DNA of 64,000 bases from Clostridiales bacterium (GCA_012735575.1 JAAYGY010000056.1:29360-93359); one strand, 5' to 3'. Counted from the first letter of the stretch, positions 10,138 through 20,488 are shown. Numbers and translations: made by a program. Notes: generated from the letters alone by a model not told the origin.

Positions 10138-10917
10138 TTATCTAAATCCAGTTATCAAAGTTTTTATTACTAAATTCCAACCATCTACCATTATAAATAA
10201 TAAGATTTTAAAAGGTAGCGAAATCATAACAGGTGGCAACATCATCATACCCATGGACATTAAGGTGCTGGCTACCACCATGTCTACTATTATAAAAGGA
10301 ATATAGATTAAAAACCCTATCTGAAAGGCTGTTTTTAATTCACTAATAATAAAAGAAGGTATCAAAACATTATTTGGTACATCATTCAAAGTTTCTGGAT
10401 ATTCCATACCTGAGAGGTTTACAAATAATTCTAAATCCTTCTCCCGGGTCTGCTTAAACATAAAATCCCTAACTGGTTTCATAACTTCATCCAGAGCCTG
10501 TTCTTGGTTAATTTGGCCCGAAAGATAAGGTTGTATTGCATTTTCGTTAATCTCAGCTCCAATTGGAGACATAAGAAAGAAAGTCAGGAATAAAGCAAGT
10601 CCTATTAATACTTGGTTGGGTGGCATCTGCTGGGTACCTAGAGCATTTCTAGTGAAGGATAGCACTATAATGATCCTTGTAAAGGATGTCATCATAATTA
10701 AAATAGAAGGTGCCAAGGTCAGAACAGTCAGTAGAAATAGTATTTCAAAGCCGCTTAGCGGTTCTCCAGTCGGGCCGGTCCCTTCTAATCGTATTCCTAA
10801 ATTTATAGGCGTTTCTACCTGGGCAAAGGAATTAGATGCAAAAATAAGCATTATCCATGACATTAAAATAAAACAAAAACAAATTTTTAGTTTTAATTTT
10901 TTCTTCAACAAAACCAA
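10138..10917 (-). CDS. fliP: FliP flagellar export gate protein
   Basis: 259 aa; signal-like N-terminus, conserved FliP stretches (TSFTRIIIVLSFTRNALGTQQMPPNQVLIGLALFLTFF). Confidence 0.95.
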   Translation of the reverse strand: MVLLKKKLKLKICFCFILMSWIMLIFASNSFAQVETPINLGIRLEGTGPTGEPLSGFEILFLLTVLTLAPSILIMMTSFTRIIIVLSFTRNALGTQQMPPNQVLIGLALFLTFFLMSPIGAEINENAIQPYLSGQINQEQALDEVMKPVRDFMFKQTREKDLELFVNLSGMEYPETLNDVPNNVLIPSFIISELKTAFQIGFLIYIPFIIVDMVVASTLMSMGMMMLPPVMISLPFKILLFIMVDGWNLVIKTLITGFR

Positions 10918-10972
10918 CCCCGATTTAATTCCCTATAATTTCTTAATATCATTAACTAATCCTTAATAAGCT

Positions 10973-11350
10973 TTATTCGCTGAACTTATTCATACCTTGG
11001 CCTCTATCCTTGTTTTTTAACCTATTCAAATAAGTATCAAAGATATTATTAAAAGAACTCTCCTTACTATTTGATATAGGAGTTGATGTAGGAGCTAATT
11101 CAACTTCATCCAATTCACTAATAAGTTCAACATGATGATTAGTAATACCAATGACAAAAAACCGTTTGCCTACTTGAATAATGCAAATAGACTTATCATT
11201 GCCCAAAAATACCCTATCCAACACCTTAATCAATCTTGTAGTATTAGAATAGGACATCTTAGAGCCTATAAATTTAGTAAAGTAATATGCAGCAAATAGT
11301 ATTGCTGCAAAACCTACTATTAATAAAAATATGTTTAAAGCTTCTTTCAT
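10973..11350 (-). CDS. fliO: FliO/FliZ-type flagellar biosynthesis protein
   Basis: 125 aa, single N-terminal TM helix, position between cheY and fliP as fliZ/fliO in Firmicutes operons. Confidence 0.7.
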   Translation of the reverse strand: MKEALNIFLLIVGFAAILFAAYYFTKFIGSKMSYSNTTRLIKVLDRVFLGNDKSICIIQVGKRFFVIGITNHHVELISELDEVELAPTSTPISNSKESSFNNIFDTYLNRLKNKDRGQGMNKFSE

Positions 11351-11712
11351 TACATCAACACTTTCCTAACTGCTTCCAAAACTCTATCTGCTTGGAAGGG
11401 CTTGACTATGAAATCCTTAGCCCCAGCTTGTATAGATTCAATTACCATGGCTTGCTGTCCCATTGCTGAGCACATTATAATGTTTGCATTTTCATCAATC
11501 TGTTTTATTCCTCTTACAGCCTGAATACCATCAACTTCAGGCATAGTGATATCCATAATAACTAAATCTGGCTTTAGTTCTTTATACTTCTCAATTGCTT
11601 TTGCGCCATTTTCTGCCTCCCCTACCACAGTATACCCATTTTTTGTTAATATGTCTTTGATCATCATTCTCATAAAAGCTGCATCATCTACAATAAGAAT
11701 TTTTTTGCTCAT
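11350..11712 (-). CDS. cheY: CheY chemotaxis response regulator
   Basis: 120 aa stand-alone receiver: KILIVDDAAFMR, phospho-acceptor context LVIMDITMPEVDG, KPF near C-terminus. Confidence 0.95.
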   Translation of the reverse strand: MSKKILIVDDAAFMRMMIKDILTKNGYTVVGEAENGAKAIEKYKELKPDLVIMDITMPEVDGIQAVRGIKQIDENANIIMCSAMGQQAMVIESIQAGAKDFIVKPFQADRVLEAVRKVLM

Positions 11713-11738
11713 TGATCTTACCCCTACCTTTCCTTTGA

Positions 11739-12911
11739 TTATCTTAAGTTCGATATTCTGTTTGTTGGACTTACTATATCCGTAATACGGACACCAAAAT
11801 TATCATCTATTATCACGACTTCACCTTTTGCAATAATTTTGCCGTTAACTAGAATATCCACCGGTTCCCCTGCCATCTTATCAAGCTCGATTATAGATCC
11901 AGTACTAAGATCTAGAATATCCTGAATCATCTTCTGTGTTCTACCCAATTCAACGGATAGTTCAAGGGGAACGTCCAAGATTAGATTTATGTTATTGTCT
12001 TGGGATTGAATCGGTGTTTCATCTAGGGGCTGGAAAAGTACAGGTTGTACTCCCACCGTAGCTGCATCCTCAACACTCCTTTGACTATAGGTGGCTTTTT
12101 CCATAGACCCTTGATCCTGGAAAGCTGTATGTCCTTGAACAGCTTGTTTTTCATAGGATGGATGATCGTACTGTTGTTGTTCAAGGTACTGTCCCTCAAT
12201 AGGCTGTTCCATAGTAGTTGGCTCTTCATATCCATCATCACCATACATCAGAGTTCTAACCATATCTCTGGCAAATTCTATAGGAATTAATTGCATAATA
12301 TAACTGTCAAGAATATCAGATATTTCCATTCTAAAGTTGACCTTCACAATAGTATCGTTTGAGTCAAATTTGCTCTTTGGTTTTTCATCTTCGAAATTAA
12401 TGGTAAATACATTTGGGGGTGAGATTCCAATATCCTTGCCAAACATTGATGCTAGGGATGTAGCAGCAGAACCCATCATTTGATTCATAACCTCACTGAT
12501 GGCACTAAGCTGAAGTTCATTCAGTTCCCCCTCTAGGTTTGTACCATCGCCACCCATTAACAGGTCAGTTATTATTTTCACATCATCTTCTTTTATAATT
12601 AATAAATTATTGCCCTTTATTCCTTTAGTATATTGGATTTCAACAGCAACAAAGGGTATAGGGTATTGTGCTGCTAACTCAGTTAGAGATGTGACCGAAA
12701 CATCTGGGGTGGTAATTGTAACTTTATGGTTTAACAAAGTGAACAAAGTAGTTGCAGCCGTGCCCATAGAAATATTACCAATCTCTCCTAAGGCATCTAT
12801 TTCTTCTAAGGTTAACTCATCATAAGGTCCAATATTACTACTGCCATTTTCAGTATCATTATCCCCTCTTAGTAGGGCATCAATTTCTTCCTGAGAAAGC
12901 AAATCACTCAT
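11739..12911 (-). CDS. fliY: FliY switch protein (CheC-like N-domain fused to FliN C-domain)
   Basis: 390 aa; N-terminal LSQEEIDALL CheY-P binding peptide, CheC-like EIDALGEIGNISMGTAAT, C-terminal FliN/SpoA domain (VELGRTQKMIQDILDLSTGSIIELDK). Confidence 0.9.
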   Translation of the reverse strand: MSDLLSQEEIDALLRGDNDTENGSSNIGPYDELTLEEIDALGEIGNISMGTAATTLFTLLNHKVTITTPDVSVTSLTELAAQYPIPFVAVEIQYTKGIKGNNLLIIKEDDVKIITDLLMGGDGTNLEGELNELQLSAISEVMNQMMGSAATSLASMFGKDIGISPPNVFTINFEDEKPKSKFDSNDTIVKVNFRMEISDILDSYIMQLIPIEFARDMVRTLMYGDDGYEEPTTMEQPIEGQYLEQQQYDHPSYEKQAVQGHTAFQDQGSMEKATYSQRSVEDAATVGVQPVLFQPLDETPIQSQDNNINLILDVPLELSVELGRTQKMIQDILDLSTGSIIELDKMAGEPVDILVNGKIIAKGEVVIIDDNFGVRITDIVSPTNRISNLR

Positions 12912-13905
12912 CTTCCCTTCCCCCTCCTTTCTTAGCAGTTATCTGCACAGCATATCTGCTGTTTTTAGTGCCAATTATACCTTTAAATTTTTCCTGTCCC
13001 CCTACCACAATAGGTATCTCCTCTCCTGCCTTTTTATTTAGTCTTATGACATCTCCTATTTGCAATCCAATAAAATCTCTAACTGTAATTTCCGTAGTAC
13101 CAATGACTGCCTTTATATCTACATAAGCCTTTTTAATCTTCTTGGCAAGCAAATCTGATTTACTACTATCTTTGTCTTTTTCAAAACCTGAGGAAAACCA
13201 ATACTTGGTGCTTAGCTGATCTGCAATAGGCTCAATTACCATATGAGGGATACATATATTTACTATGCCCTCTATATCTCCAATACTAATATTCATAGTA
13301 ATAATTGCTATTGTTTCATTGGGAGATATTATCTGAGCAAATTGCGGATTTGTTTCAATTCTCTCCAGTCTAAAATCGGTAGTGATTACATTAGCCCAAG
13401 GTTCATCCATCAGAGACGTCAGCTGATTTACAATTTGTCTAATAAGACTAATTTCTATCTCAGTAAAATCCCTAGCCTTACTATTATTAATCACCCTTCC
13501 GGGACCGCCTAACAATTTATCTATAATGGCAAATGCTATATCAGGGGATATTTCCATAATTGCAGAACCATTCAGGGATCTAAAGTCTATTATACCTAAC
13601 ACTACCGGTTCAGGGAGTGAATTTATAAATTCGTAATATGTTTGAGGCTCTACAGAAATGACTTCCACTTGGCAGAAACTCCTCAATACTCCAGACAAAT
13701 AAGATGCCATAAGTCTGGAATAATTCTCATAAATAACTTCCATGGTTCTTAGCTGATCCTTAGCGAACTTATGAGGTCTTCGGAAGTCATAGACTCTGAC
13801 TTTTTTTTCTTCTGTTTCCTTTTGGATATCTGTTACGTTAAACTCTCCCGATTGTAGCGCATTTAATAGTTCATCTATTTCTGACTGGGATAGTATTTCT
13901 GCCAT
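12904..13905 (-). CDS. fliM: FliM flagellar motor switch protein
   Basis: N-terminal LSQSEIDELL motif, FliM middle and SpoA-like C-domain. Start moved to ATG 13905 (MAEILSQ...) because GGGGGG RBS abuts the ORF-track ATG at 13911. Confidence 0.9.
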   Translation of the reverse strand: MAEILSQSEIDELLNALQSGEFNVTDIQKETEEKKVRVYDFRRPHKFAKDQLRTMEVIYENYSRLMASYLSGVLRSFCQVEVISVEPQTYYEFINSLPEPVVLGIIDFRSLNGSAIMEISPDIAFAIIDKLLGGPGRVINNSKARDFTEIEISLIRQIVNQLTSLMDEPWANVITTDFRLERIETNPQFAQIISPNETIAIITMNISIGDIEGIVNICIPHMVIEPIADQLSTKYWFSSGFEKDKDSSKSDLLAKKIKKAYVDIKAVIGTTEITVRDFIGLQIGDVIRLNKKAGEEIPIVVGGQEKFKGIIGTKNSRYAVQITAKKGGGREDE

Positions 13906-13938
13906 TTTCATCCCCCCTTCCCCACTGTTGCTCTTGGC

Positions 13939-14352
13939 TCATTGGATTATAAACTCATTAAAGTATATCCCTTCTATTTTATCAATATTTAAGAGTTTTT
14001 GTAAATCCTCTTTTAATGTATTCCTTAGGTTTTTCTTAAAATCTTCGTTTTTTATTTCTTCTTCATCAATATTTCCAAGAATCTCTATTATTTGGTCCCG
14101 AATCTTGTGGTTATTTTGTTCTAAAATTTTTAGTGACTTTTTATTTGATACTTCAATGAGTATATCAGCCTTTACGTAATGACTTCCATCCTTTATATTG
14201 GTTAAAAAGCTTTCTCCAGTACTATATACATAACTCTCGTCATTATTTTTCTTATCGAGATTTGGTGAAACCAATATGTATATAATAGCAGAGCCGATTC
14301 CTACTGCTAATACTAATAAAATAATTATGGCTATTATAGCTATCCTTCTCAT
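13939..14352 (-). CDS. fliL: FliL flagellar basal-body-associated protein
   Basis: 137 aa, one N-terminal TM helix, FliL-like C-domain, canonical position upstream of fliM. Confidence 0.8.
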   Translation of the reverse strand: MRRIAIIAIIILLVLAVGIGSAIIYILVSPNLDKKNNDESYVYSTGESFLTNIKDGSHYVKADILIEVSNKKSLKILEQNNHKIRDQIIEILGNIDEEEIKNEDFKKNLRNTLKEDLQKLLNIDKIEGIYFNEFIIQ

Positions 14353-14382
14353 GGTTAGTTGTAACTCCCTTACTTTAATAAT

Positions 14383-15198
14383 CTATTGGTCTGATTCAAT
14401 TGTTTCAGCAGGTTCCATTACCCGAACAATAAAAATCTCAACTCTTCGGTTTCTAGCCAGACTATCAGGCGTTTTCTTGTTATCAATAGGATGATGTTCC
14501 CCATAGGCAGTAGCCGATAGTTTAGAGGGTTTCAAACCCTGATTTTCACTAAAATACCTTACCACATTAACTGCTCGCCTGGCAGATAATTCCCAGTTAG
14601 TAGGATATAATTGGGTGTTGATAGGTCGGATATCGGCATGACCGTCTATCCTTACCATATCTATTTGGTCATCAAATTTTTTTAACACTTGGCTAATTCC
14701 ATCCAAAACCTCTCTAGCCTCAATCTTGATTTCTGCATCACCTGTATCGAATAGGATTGAATCTTTAAACCTAAGTAGGATTTCAGTATGGGCATCGGAA
14801 ATTTTCACTTCTGCTGGAACACCTTTTTCTTCCAAAAATTCACCTATAGATATATATAGTTTGACAAATTCATCTGACTCTTGTAGTAGTCCCATATCTT
14901 CCTCATTTTCAGTTTCTTTATCTTTTTCATTATTTCTAGGAATTAGCTCGTTGATAACATCTATATCTAATTCTATATCCTCACCAATATTAGTGGAGCT
15001 CCCAACACTTCTCCCACTCTCTAGTATACCGCTACCACCAGTTAGTGCGCTAACTAAGCTTTGCCATTTTTGGGCGTCAATAGTCGAAAAGGAGAATAGG
15101 AGAACAAAAAAAGTCAACAAAAGCGTGACCATATCACCATAAGTGGTTAGCCACTCATCTCCTCCCTGCTTCTGCTTAGGACGTCTTCTCCTTGCCAT
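14383..15198 (-). CDS. motB: MotB stator protein
   Basis: 271 aa; N-terminal MARRRRPKQ...WLTTYGDMVTLLLTFF (plug/TM with conserved Asp), C-terminal OmpA-like PG-binding domain (NWELSARRAVNVVRY...NRRVEI). Confidence 0.9.
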   Translation of the reverse strand: MARRRRPKQKQGGDEWLTTYGDMVTLLLTFFVLLFSFSTIDAQKWQSLVSALTGGSGILESGRSVGSSTNIGEDIELDIDVINELIPRNNEKDKETENEEDMGLLQESDEFVKLYISIGEFLEEKGVPAEVKISDAHTEILLRFKDSILFDTGDAEIKIEAREVLDGISQVLKKFDDQIDMVRIDGHADIRPINTQLYPTNWELSARRAVNVVRYFSENQGLKPSKLSATAYGEHHPIDNKKTPDSLARNRRVEIFIVRVMEPAETIESDQ

Positions 15199-15986
15199 CC
15201 TTGTTCATTCCCTTCTATCGAGTCTTCATCTCCAATAATCCTATCTTTAGGAGGTAAGAAAGCTTTTAGTTTTTCTTCAATAATTCTTGGATTTTCACCC
15301 GCTTGTATTGAAAGCATCCCTTCCAACATTATTTCCTTTAAAAGCATTTCTCTGGCACTTTTATACTTTAATTTAGTGGCCATTGGGCTAAAGAAAAGGT
15401 TGGCTAATAGGGAACCATAAAAGGTTGTAACCAAAGCAACGGACATGCTAGGTCCTATGGAAGAAGGGTCATCCAACTTTCTTAGCATATTTATAAGACC
15501 AATCAAAGTTCCAATCATTCCATAAGCAGGAGCTAGAGAAGCCATGGTCTCAAAAACCCCCTGTGCTTCTTCGTGCCTTTCTTCAATAAAGTTTAGCTCA
15601 GTTTCCAATATATTTCTAACCAGTTCAGGATCCGTACCATCCACAATAAGTAAAATTCCCTTTTGCAAAAAAGGATCTTCTATCCTATATGCTGCCTCCT
15701 CTAGTGCAAGCAAGCCTTCTTTTCTGGCAATATTCGCCAATTCAATTATCATAGATATTATGCTTTGTGGGTTGTCTTCCACGCTAAAAAACAAATTTTT
15801 AGATACTTTTACCATACTGGCTAAGCGTTTAAAAGGAAAGGCTACCAAAGTAGCAGCAAAAGTACCACCAACCGTTATCATTATAGACGGCAGATCATAA
15901 TAACTACCTAAGTTTCCATCTAGCATTATTGATATCACCATAAATGCACAGCCGGCAATAATACCTGCCAAAGTTGACATATCCAT
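15147..15986 (-). CDS. motA: MotA stator protein
   Basis: 279 aa; four-TM MotA/TolQ/ExbB channel family (PAYGMIGTLIGLI, GPSMSVALVTTFYG); 3' end overlaps motB by 52 nt. Confidence 0.9.
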   Translation of the reverse strand: MDMSTLAGIIAGCAFMVISIMLDGNLGSYYDLPSIMITVGGTFAATLVAFPFKRLASMVKVSKNLFFSVEDNPQSIISMIIELANIARKEGLLALEEAAYRIEDPFLQKGILLIVDGTDPELVRNILETELNFIEERHEEAQGVFETMASLAPAYGMIGTLIGLINMLRKLDDPSSIGPSMSVALVTTFYGSLLANLFFSPMATKLKYKSAREMLLKEIMLEGMLSIQAGENPRIIEEKLKAFLPPKDRIIGDEDSIEGNEQGWQGEDVLSRSREEMSG

Positions 15987-15996
15987 TAGCTACACC

Positions 15997-16191
15997 TCAC
16001 TTGTAAGACCCTTGGAAAATTTTCCTTTTGAACTCCACGACTCTTTTAATTACTTCATCTACGTCTTCTTTAACTATTACTTTCTTGCCGGTAGTAGTTG
16101 TGATAACTGTGTCTGGAGTGCTTTCAATAAACTCAATAATTTCAGTATTTATAACAAATTCTTTATCATTTAAACGGGTAACTTTGATCAT
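15997..16191 (-). CDS. flbD: FlbD flagellar protein (SwrD-like)
   Basis: MIKVTRLNDKEFVINTEIIEFIESTPDTVITTTTGKKVIVKE matches FlbD family; located between flgE and motA. ATG 16191 preferred over GTG 16203. Confidence 0.85.
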   Translation of the reverse strand: MIKVTRLNDKEFVINTEIIEFIESTPDTVITTTTGKKVIVKEDVDEVIKRVVEFKRKIFQGSYK

Positions 16192-16253
16192 AAATCTATA
16201 CACCGCCTTAGTTCTTTAACTAGCCAGGGCTACATACCCTGGCCAGTAAAAGT

Positions 16254-17537
16254 TTATCTCTTTAGGTTAACTAATTCCTGAAGCATTTCATCCGATGTAG
16301 TGATAATCCTGGAATTTGCCTGAAAACCCCTTTGGGTTATAATCATATCTGTAAATTCGTTGGCCATGTCGACATTTGACATTTCAAGTGCACCAGGATT
16401 TATTGCTCCTCTACCATCCAATCCTGCCTGACCAGTTATTGGCTCTCCAGAGTTAGCCGATATCTGAAACAGGTTTTCTCCAAGTTTTGAAAGACCAGCA
16501 GGATTGCTAAATCTAGCAACAGCTATAACAGCATCAATTCTAGTTTGACCATTAGAGTATATACCAACTACTCTACCCATGGAGTCTATATTAATATTGT
16601 TCAACACACCATACAAGTAGCCATCGGTATAAGATATTTTCACAGATGATTCGCTGTCATTTTGCGTAAATTTCTCTGTATCAAAGCTTATAAATAGATT
16701 TTCTGTTGGTACTGCGCCATTATTATACTCTATATTGGGAATGGTAATGCCATTAATAGGCCATACCAATCTACCGTTTCCATCAAATTGAATAGGCTGT
16801 GCACCAGGGAAATTAGTTGCATCTGTAGAATCATATAATGGGGAGTTAATAATCTTGCTGTTAACATCAGCTGGTTCAATAAGTAGATCCCATCTGTTAG
16901 GGGCTATTTTTGTAAATATTAGCTTTATATTATGTTCCTCTCCCAGGGAATCAACAATGCTAGTTGTATATTCTATCATGTCATTTACATCCAAACCACT
17001 ATCTAGATTCCCTTCAAATCCTAAAACTGAAGTTGGACGAGGTGGCATTGATAAATTGGCTAAGTTTATCTCATTAGTAGTACCTGTAGTTATGATTTCT
17101 CCATCAATATTTCTATTAGTCCAACCTTGTACTTTTAAACCGGTAGCAGATACCAAGTATCCCTGTGGATCAATATCAAAATTACCAGCCCGTGTATAAA
17201 AATTTGTTACACCATCAGAAACTACAAAGAATCCATCACCTTCTATAGCTAAATCTGTAGCCTTGTCAGTTCTTTGAGCACCGCTCTGGGTATGTAAAAC
17301 ATTAATAGATGCTACAGATACACCCAAACCAACTTGATGAGCATTCACTCCACCTCTGCCAGTAGCAGAAGTTGGTGCAGAGGCAGCTTTAAGAGTCTGA
17401 TTATAGATTTCCTGAAAGGTAACTCTGCTTGCCTTAAAGCCTACTGTATTAATATTAGCTATATTATTACCTATAACATCCATTCTTGTTTGATGAGAAC
17501 GCAGCCCTGATACTCCGGAAAACATAGAACGTAACAT
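16254..17537 (-). CDS. flgE: FlgE flagellar hook protein
   Basis: 427 aa; rod/hook N-terminal motif MLRSMFSGVSGLRSHQTRMDVIGNNIANINTVGFK and C-terminal ITQRGFQANSRIITTSDEMLQELVNL. Confidence 0.95.
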   Translation of the reverse strand: MLRSMFSGVSGLRSHQTRMDVIGNNIANINTVGFKASRVTFQEIYNQTLKAASAPTSATGRGGVNAHQVGLGVSVASINVLHTQSGAQRTDKATDLAIEGDGFFVVSDGVTNFYTRAGNFDIDPQGYLVSATGLKVQGWTNRNIDGEIITTGTTNEINLANLSMPPRPTSVLGFEGNLDSGLDVNDMIEYTTSIVDSLGEEHNIKLIFTKIAPNRWDLLIEPADVNSKIINSPLYDSTDATNFPGAQPIQFDGNGRLVWPINGITIPNIEYNNGAVPTENLFISFDTEKFTQNDSESSVKISYTDGYLYGVLNNINIDSMGRVVGIYSNGQTRIDAVIAVARFSNPAGLSKLGENLFQISANSGEPITGQAGLDGRGAINPGALEMSNVDMANEFTDMIITQRGFQANSRIITTSDEMLQELVNLKR

Positions 17538-17575
17538 GATATACCTCCTATTTTTTTCTATTTTTTATTGATTAT

Positions 17576-18001
17576 TTAAACACCCTCTATTCTTTGTGCC
17601 TCTTCCTCAGAAAAAACTGATACTAATTCCTCTAAAGATAAGGTATATTCTCCTACCTGTAAAAACATCCTTCCACTAGAAAATGTAACGCTATCTACCC
17701 TCCCTATAACCGGAATAATTTGAGATGAGTTTTCAATATCTTTTTCCCCATATATCATTTTTCCTACAAGATTCATGGCCTTTAATGACTGAAAATCTTT
17801 ACTCATATTTTGTATCTGTTCTAGAGTGCTAAATTGAGCCATTTGCGCTATAAAATCCTTATCCTCCATAGGGCTAAGAGGATCTTGGTTTTGTAGTTGC
17901 ACTATCAAGATCTTTAAAAACTCGTCCTTTCCCAACTGGTTATTTACTTGTCTGGTAGGCTGATTAGATGAGTATATGTAGCTGTTTTGCTCAACTCTCA
18001 T
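17576..18001 (-). CDS. flgD: FlgD hook assembly/capping protein
   Basis: 141 aa; LGKDEFLKILIVQLQNQDPLSPM signature of FlgD. Confidence 0.9.
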   Translation of the reverse strand: MRVEQNSYIYSSNQPTRQVNNQLGKDEFLKILIVQLQNQDPLSPMEDKDFIAQMAQFSTLEQIQNMSKDFQSLKAMNLVGKMIYGEKDIENSSQIIPVIGRVDSVTFSSGRMFLQVGEYTLSLEELVSVFSEEEAQRIEGV

Positions 18002-18013
18002 TTTGTTTCCTCC

Positions 18014-19453
18014 TTATGCCAAATAATCTATTTGGCTCAAGCTTTCTGATAATGTTGATTTGGTTTCCGATTTTTCTACAGTAGAAACATTGGTAAATAA
18101 GCTACTCTTTCTGGGACCAGGCTTTGATGAAGTAAAGTTAAAGTTATGAAAGTAATTTAAACTAGACTGGCTGCCTACATCCACATCCAGAGAAGCGAAT
18201 ATTAATCCTTGCTCCCTTAACGTGTTTCTTAAAGTATCTAAATTATCTTGCAAAAATTCCTTAACTTGTTGACTGGAGGTATAAATCTTTCCCGTCAGAA
18301 TCCCATCTTCTAGTCCTACTTTCAGTATCAATTTTCCCAAATGTTCTGGTTTAACCTGTATTTCCAATTCTGTATTTCCTTCTCCAACAGTCATTACTAC
18401 TTTATCAGCAATTTGTTCTATAATTTTTGAACCTTCTATAAAATCCCGTCTATATAATGCATTTGAGAAATCAATACTTGTATCTTGAAAAGAAATCTCA
18501 ACAGCTCCCAAGCTGTTTTGCTGTAACTGAATATTGTTTTTAAAATCATCTTTATTAGTTTCTTGATTAATCTCATCTTGATTAATTGATGTATCTTCAA
18601 CAGTCTCTATGACTTCATGTTCTCTTAACCCGATTACGGTACTAGTCTCTTCTTCTAATAATACTTTCATATCTTGTTCTTGTATATAATTCATCGAATT
18701 ATGAGCTTGTGTTGCCCTCAGTTGAATATCCTGTCCTTCTCTTGCCTTAATTAAAATCTCTGGTACTCCTTTGATTTCAGGCACTATCTGTTTTTTCATA
18801 TCAGATTGAACTGATACATTGAGTTTGCTTTCATCGTTTATAGTAATCTTAGCATCATCTGAATGCTCACTGTAGATATTCAAATATTTACTATCTCTTT
18901 GATTAATAGTCGTATCTAAATTTTTACTTAGTACCGATTCTAAGGTTTCCATACCAAAGTCCTGGAAATTCACACCATCTTTATCATCCTGTTCATCATT
19001 TAGTAATTGGATAACCTCCCCATGAACAGCAACTTTACTTAAGGTTTCAGTTTCAATATCAGAAGATAAGGAATTTATATCGTTTTCTAATAAAATACCT
19101 TGAATTATACCTGTATTATCAAATTCTAAATCTCTTTCCTCTGAAAACTGAATAAATAGATGGGGATTTGCTAAGCTATATTCATAACCTGTTTTTTTGA
19201 TAGATTCTTTGTCTTCTTGGAGAAATCCATCTTCTACTGTTTCTGCCACGGGAGAATCCTCACTTTTTGGTGTTCTGTCTGCTTGGCCTCTTGATTTAGT
19301 CGTTTTAGAAACCTTGGTCTTTTCTAAAGTGCTCTGCAACTTTTCGGCAAACATGGAGCTGCTCTCATCATTTTTTTTGATATCATTACTTCTGATATGT
19401 GCCTGTTTTATAGTACTTGTGGACTCTAGGAGTATTTGTACTGCCTTTAGCAT
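18014..19453 (-). CDS. fliK: FliK hook-length control protein
   Basis: 479 aa, acidic low-complexity N-part, C-terminal Flg_hook-like domain (LEIQVKPEHLGKLILKVGLEDGILTGKIY), position between ylxF-like gene and flgD. Confidence 0.75.
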   Translation of the reverse strand: MLKAVQILLESTSTIKQAHIRSNDIKKNDESSSMFAEKLQSTLEKTKVSKTTKSRGQADRTPKSEDSPVAETVEDGFLQEDKESIKKTGYEYSLANPHLFIQFSEERDLEFDNTGIIQGILLENDINSLSSDIETETLSKVAVHGEVIQLLNDEQDDKDGVNFQDFGMETLESVLSKNLDTTINQRDSKYLNIYSEHSDDAKITINDESKLNVSVQSDMKKQIVPEIKGVPEILIKAREGQDIQLRATQAHNSMNYIQEQDMKVLLEEETSTVIGLREHEVIETVEDTSINQDEINQETNKDDFKNNIQLQQNSLGAVEISFQDTSIDFSNALYRRDFIEGSKIIEQIADKVVMTVGEGNTELEIQVKPEHLGKLILKVGLEDGILTGKIYTSSQQVKEFLQDNLDTLRNTLREQGLIFASLDVDVGSQSSLNYFHNFNFTSSKPGPRKSSLFTNVSTVEKSETKSTLSESLSQIDYLA

Positions 19454-19479
19454 AATTTAACCCTCTTCCATATATTTAT

Positions 19480-20031
19480 CTAATATAACTGGCTTAGTAT
19501 ATTTGCTGCATCCTCTGGATTCATTAGACCCAAAATTTCTGCAGATTTCTCTTTTTTCAAATTTTTAAATATCAATATGACTTTTTCAGTATCCTCCATT
19601 TGGGATAATATAGCTGCGGCTTCTTCTCCATTCATATTTTCACATATTTTTACGATTTCCATTAAATCTTCAAACTGTGCAGTAAGATCTTGGGTAAGTC
19701 GCTCAAGCTCCTGCTCTTTTACCTGTAAAAGAGATTCTTTTTCATCCAGGTCCTTAGCACGGCTATCCAACTGTGCCTTATAGTTTTCTAAGTCTGTTCT
19801 CAAAGCTTGAAGCTTAGTCTTTTCAGATTCTATAAACTCTTTTTCTTTTTCCAACTCTACTTCTACCACAGTCTTACTAGCTGTGGCTTTCCTACCTGAA
19901 TCCTTGCCTAAAAAAGAGTAGGCTAACTGTCTCATTCCACCTATATCGAACAATAAAATCAAAGTTGCAAACACTATTAGAAAAATTACTATAATAAATA
20001 CAATGAATCCTTTTTTTCTTTTTTTAGCCAT
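19480..20031 (-). CDS. MgtE_N/YlxF-like flagellar operon protein (coiled coil + MgtE intracellular N-domain)
   Basis: 183 aa; N-terminal TM, coiled coil, C-terminal EEAAAILSQMED...SAEILGLMNPEDAANILSQL repeat typical of MgtE_N; same position as B. subtilis ylxF. Confidence 0.65.
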   Translation of the reverse strand: MAKKRKKGFIVFIIVIFLIVFATLILLFDIGGMRQLAYSFLGKDSGRKATASKTVVEVELEKEKEFIESEKTKLQALRTDLENYKAQLDSRAKDLDEKESLLQVKEQELERLTQDLTAQFEDLMEIVKICENMNGEEAAAILSQMEDTEKVILIFKNLKKEKSAEILGLMNPEDAANILSQLY

Positions 20032-20488
20032 ACGTCAACCCACCTTGAAAGGATGAATTATAATTAATCCTTTCTTCCAATTCTTTTTGTTCTTGTTTTT
20101 CAATTTCTCTAAGAAATTCTTTGAACTTATCCTTTTTTAAATCCTCTAGTTTATCAATCTCTTTCATCAGTCTTATCATCTTTTCTAATAAGTCCCTATA
20201 TCTCTTTTCTAAAATTTCATTTTCCTTTTGTTGGATATAGATCCTTTCAGCCAGATTTTCTAAATATACCTTTTGAATTTTATAATCTTTTATCTGAACA
20301 CCGTTACATACAAGAGCTTCAAACCCAGAGTATATGTACCTCTCTTCTCTCTTTAAGCTCTCCAGCATTTTTATGCCAGCATCCAGCTTGTTTTTTGCAT
20401 CCATTAAGTCCGATTCCAGCTGAGTTTTCCGTATTTTTCTTATCTTAAGAGGCGTTTCTAAACTAAATTTAAACCCTTTTATACTCAT
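20024..20488 (-). CDS. fliJ: FliJ flagellar export chaperone
   Basis: About 154 aa coiled-coil protein immediately after fliI; start set to ATG 20488 (ATGA overlap with fliI stop; MSIKGFKFSLE...). Confidence 0.75.
   Translation of the reverse strand: MSIKGFKFSLETPLKIRKIRKTQLESDLMDAKNKLDAGIKMLESLKREERYIYSGFEALVCNGVQIKDYKIQKVYLENLAERIYIQQKENEILEKRYRDLLEKMIRLMKEIDKLEDLKKDKFKEFLREIEKQEQKELEERINYNSSFQGGLTYG

Noticed and set aside
12023-12244. Same-strand alternative-frame ORFs inside fliY (12023-12244) and relA (47167-47373)
   Set aside because: They are embedded out of frame in strongly conserved genes and show no RBS or motif. I treat them as chance ORFs.
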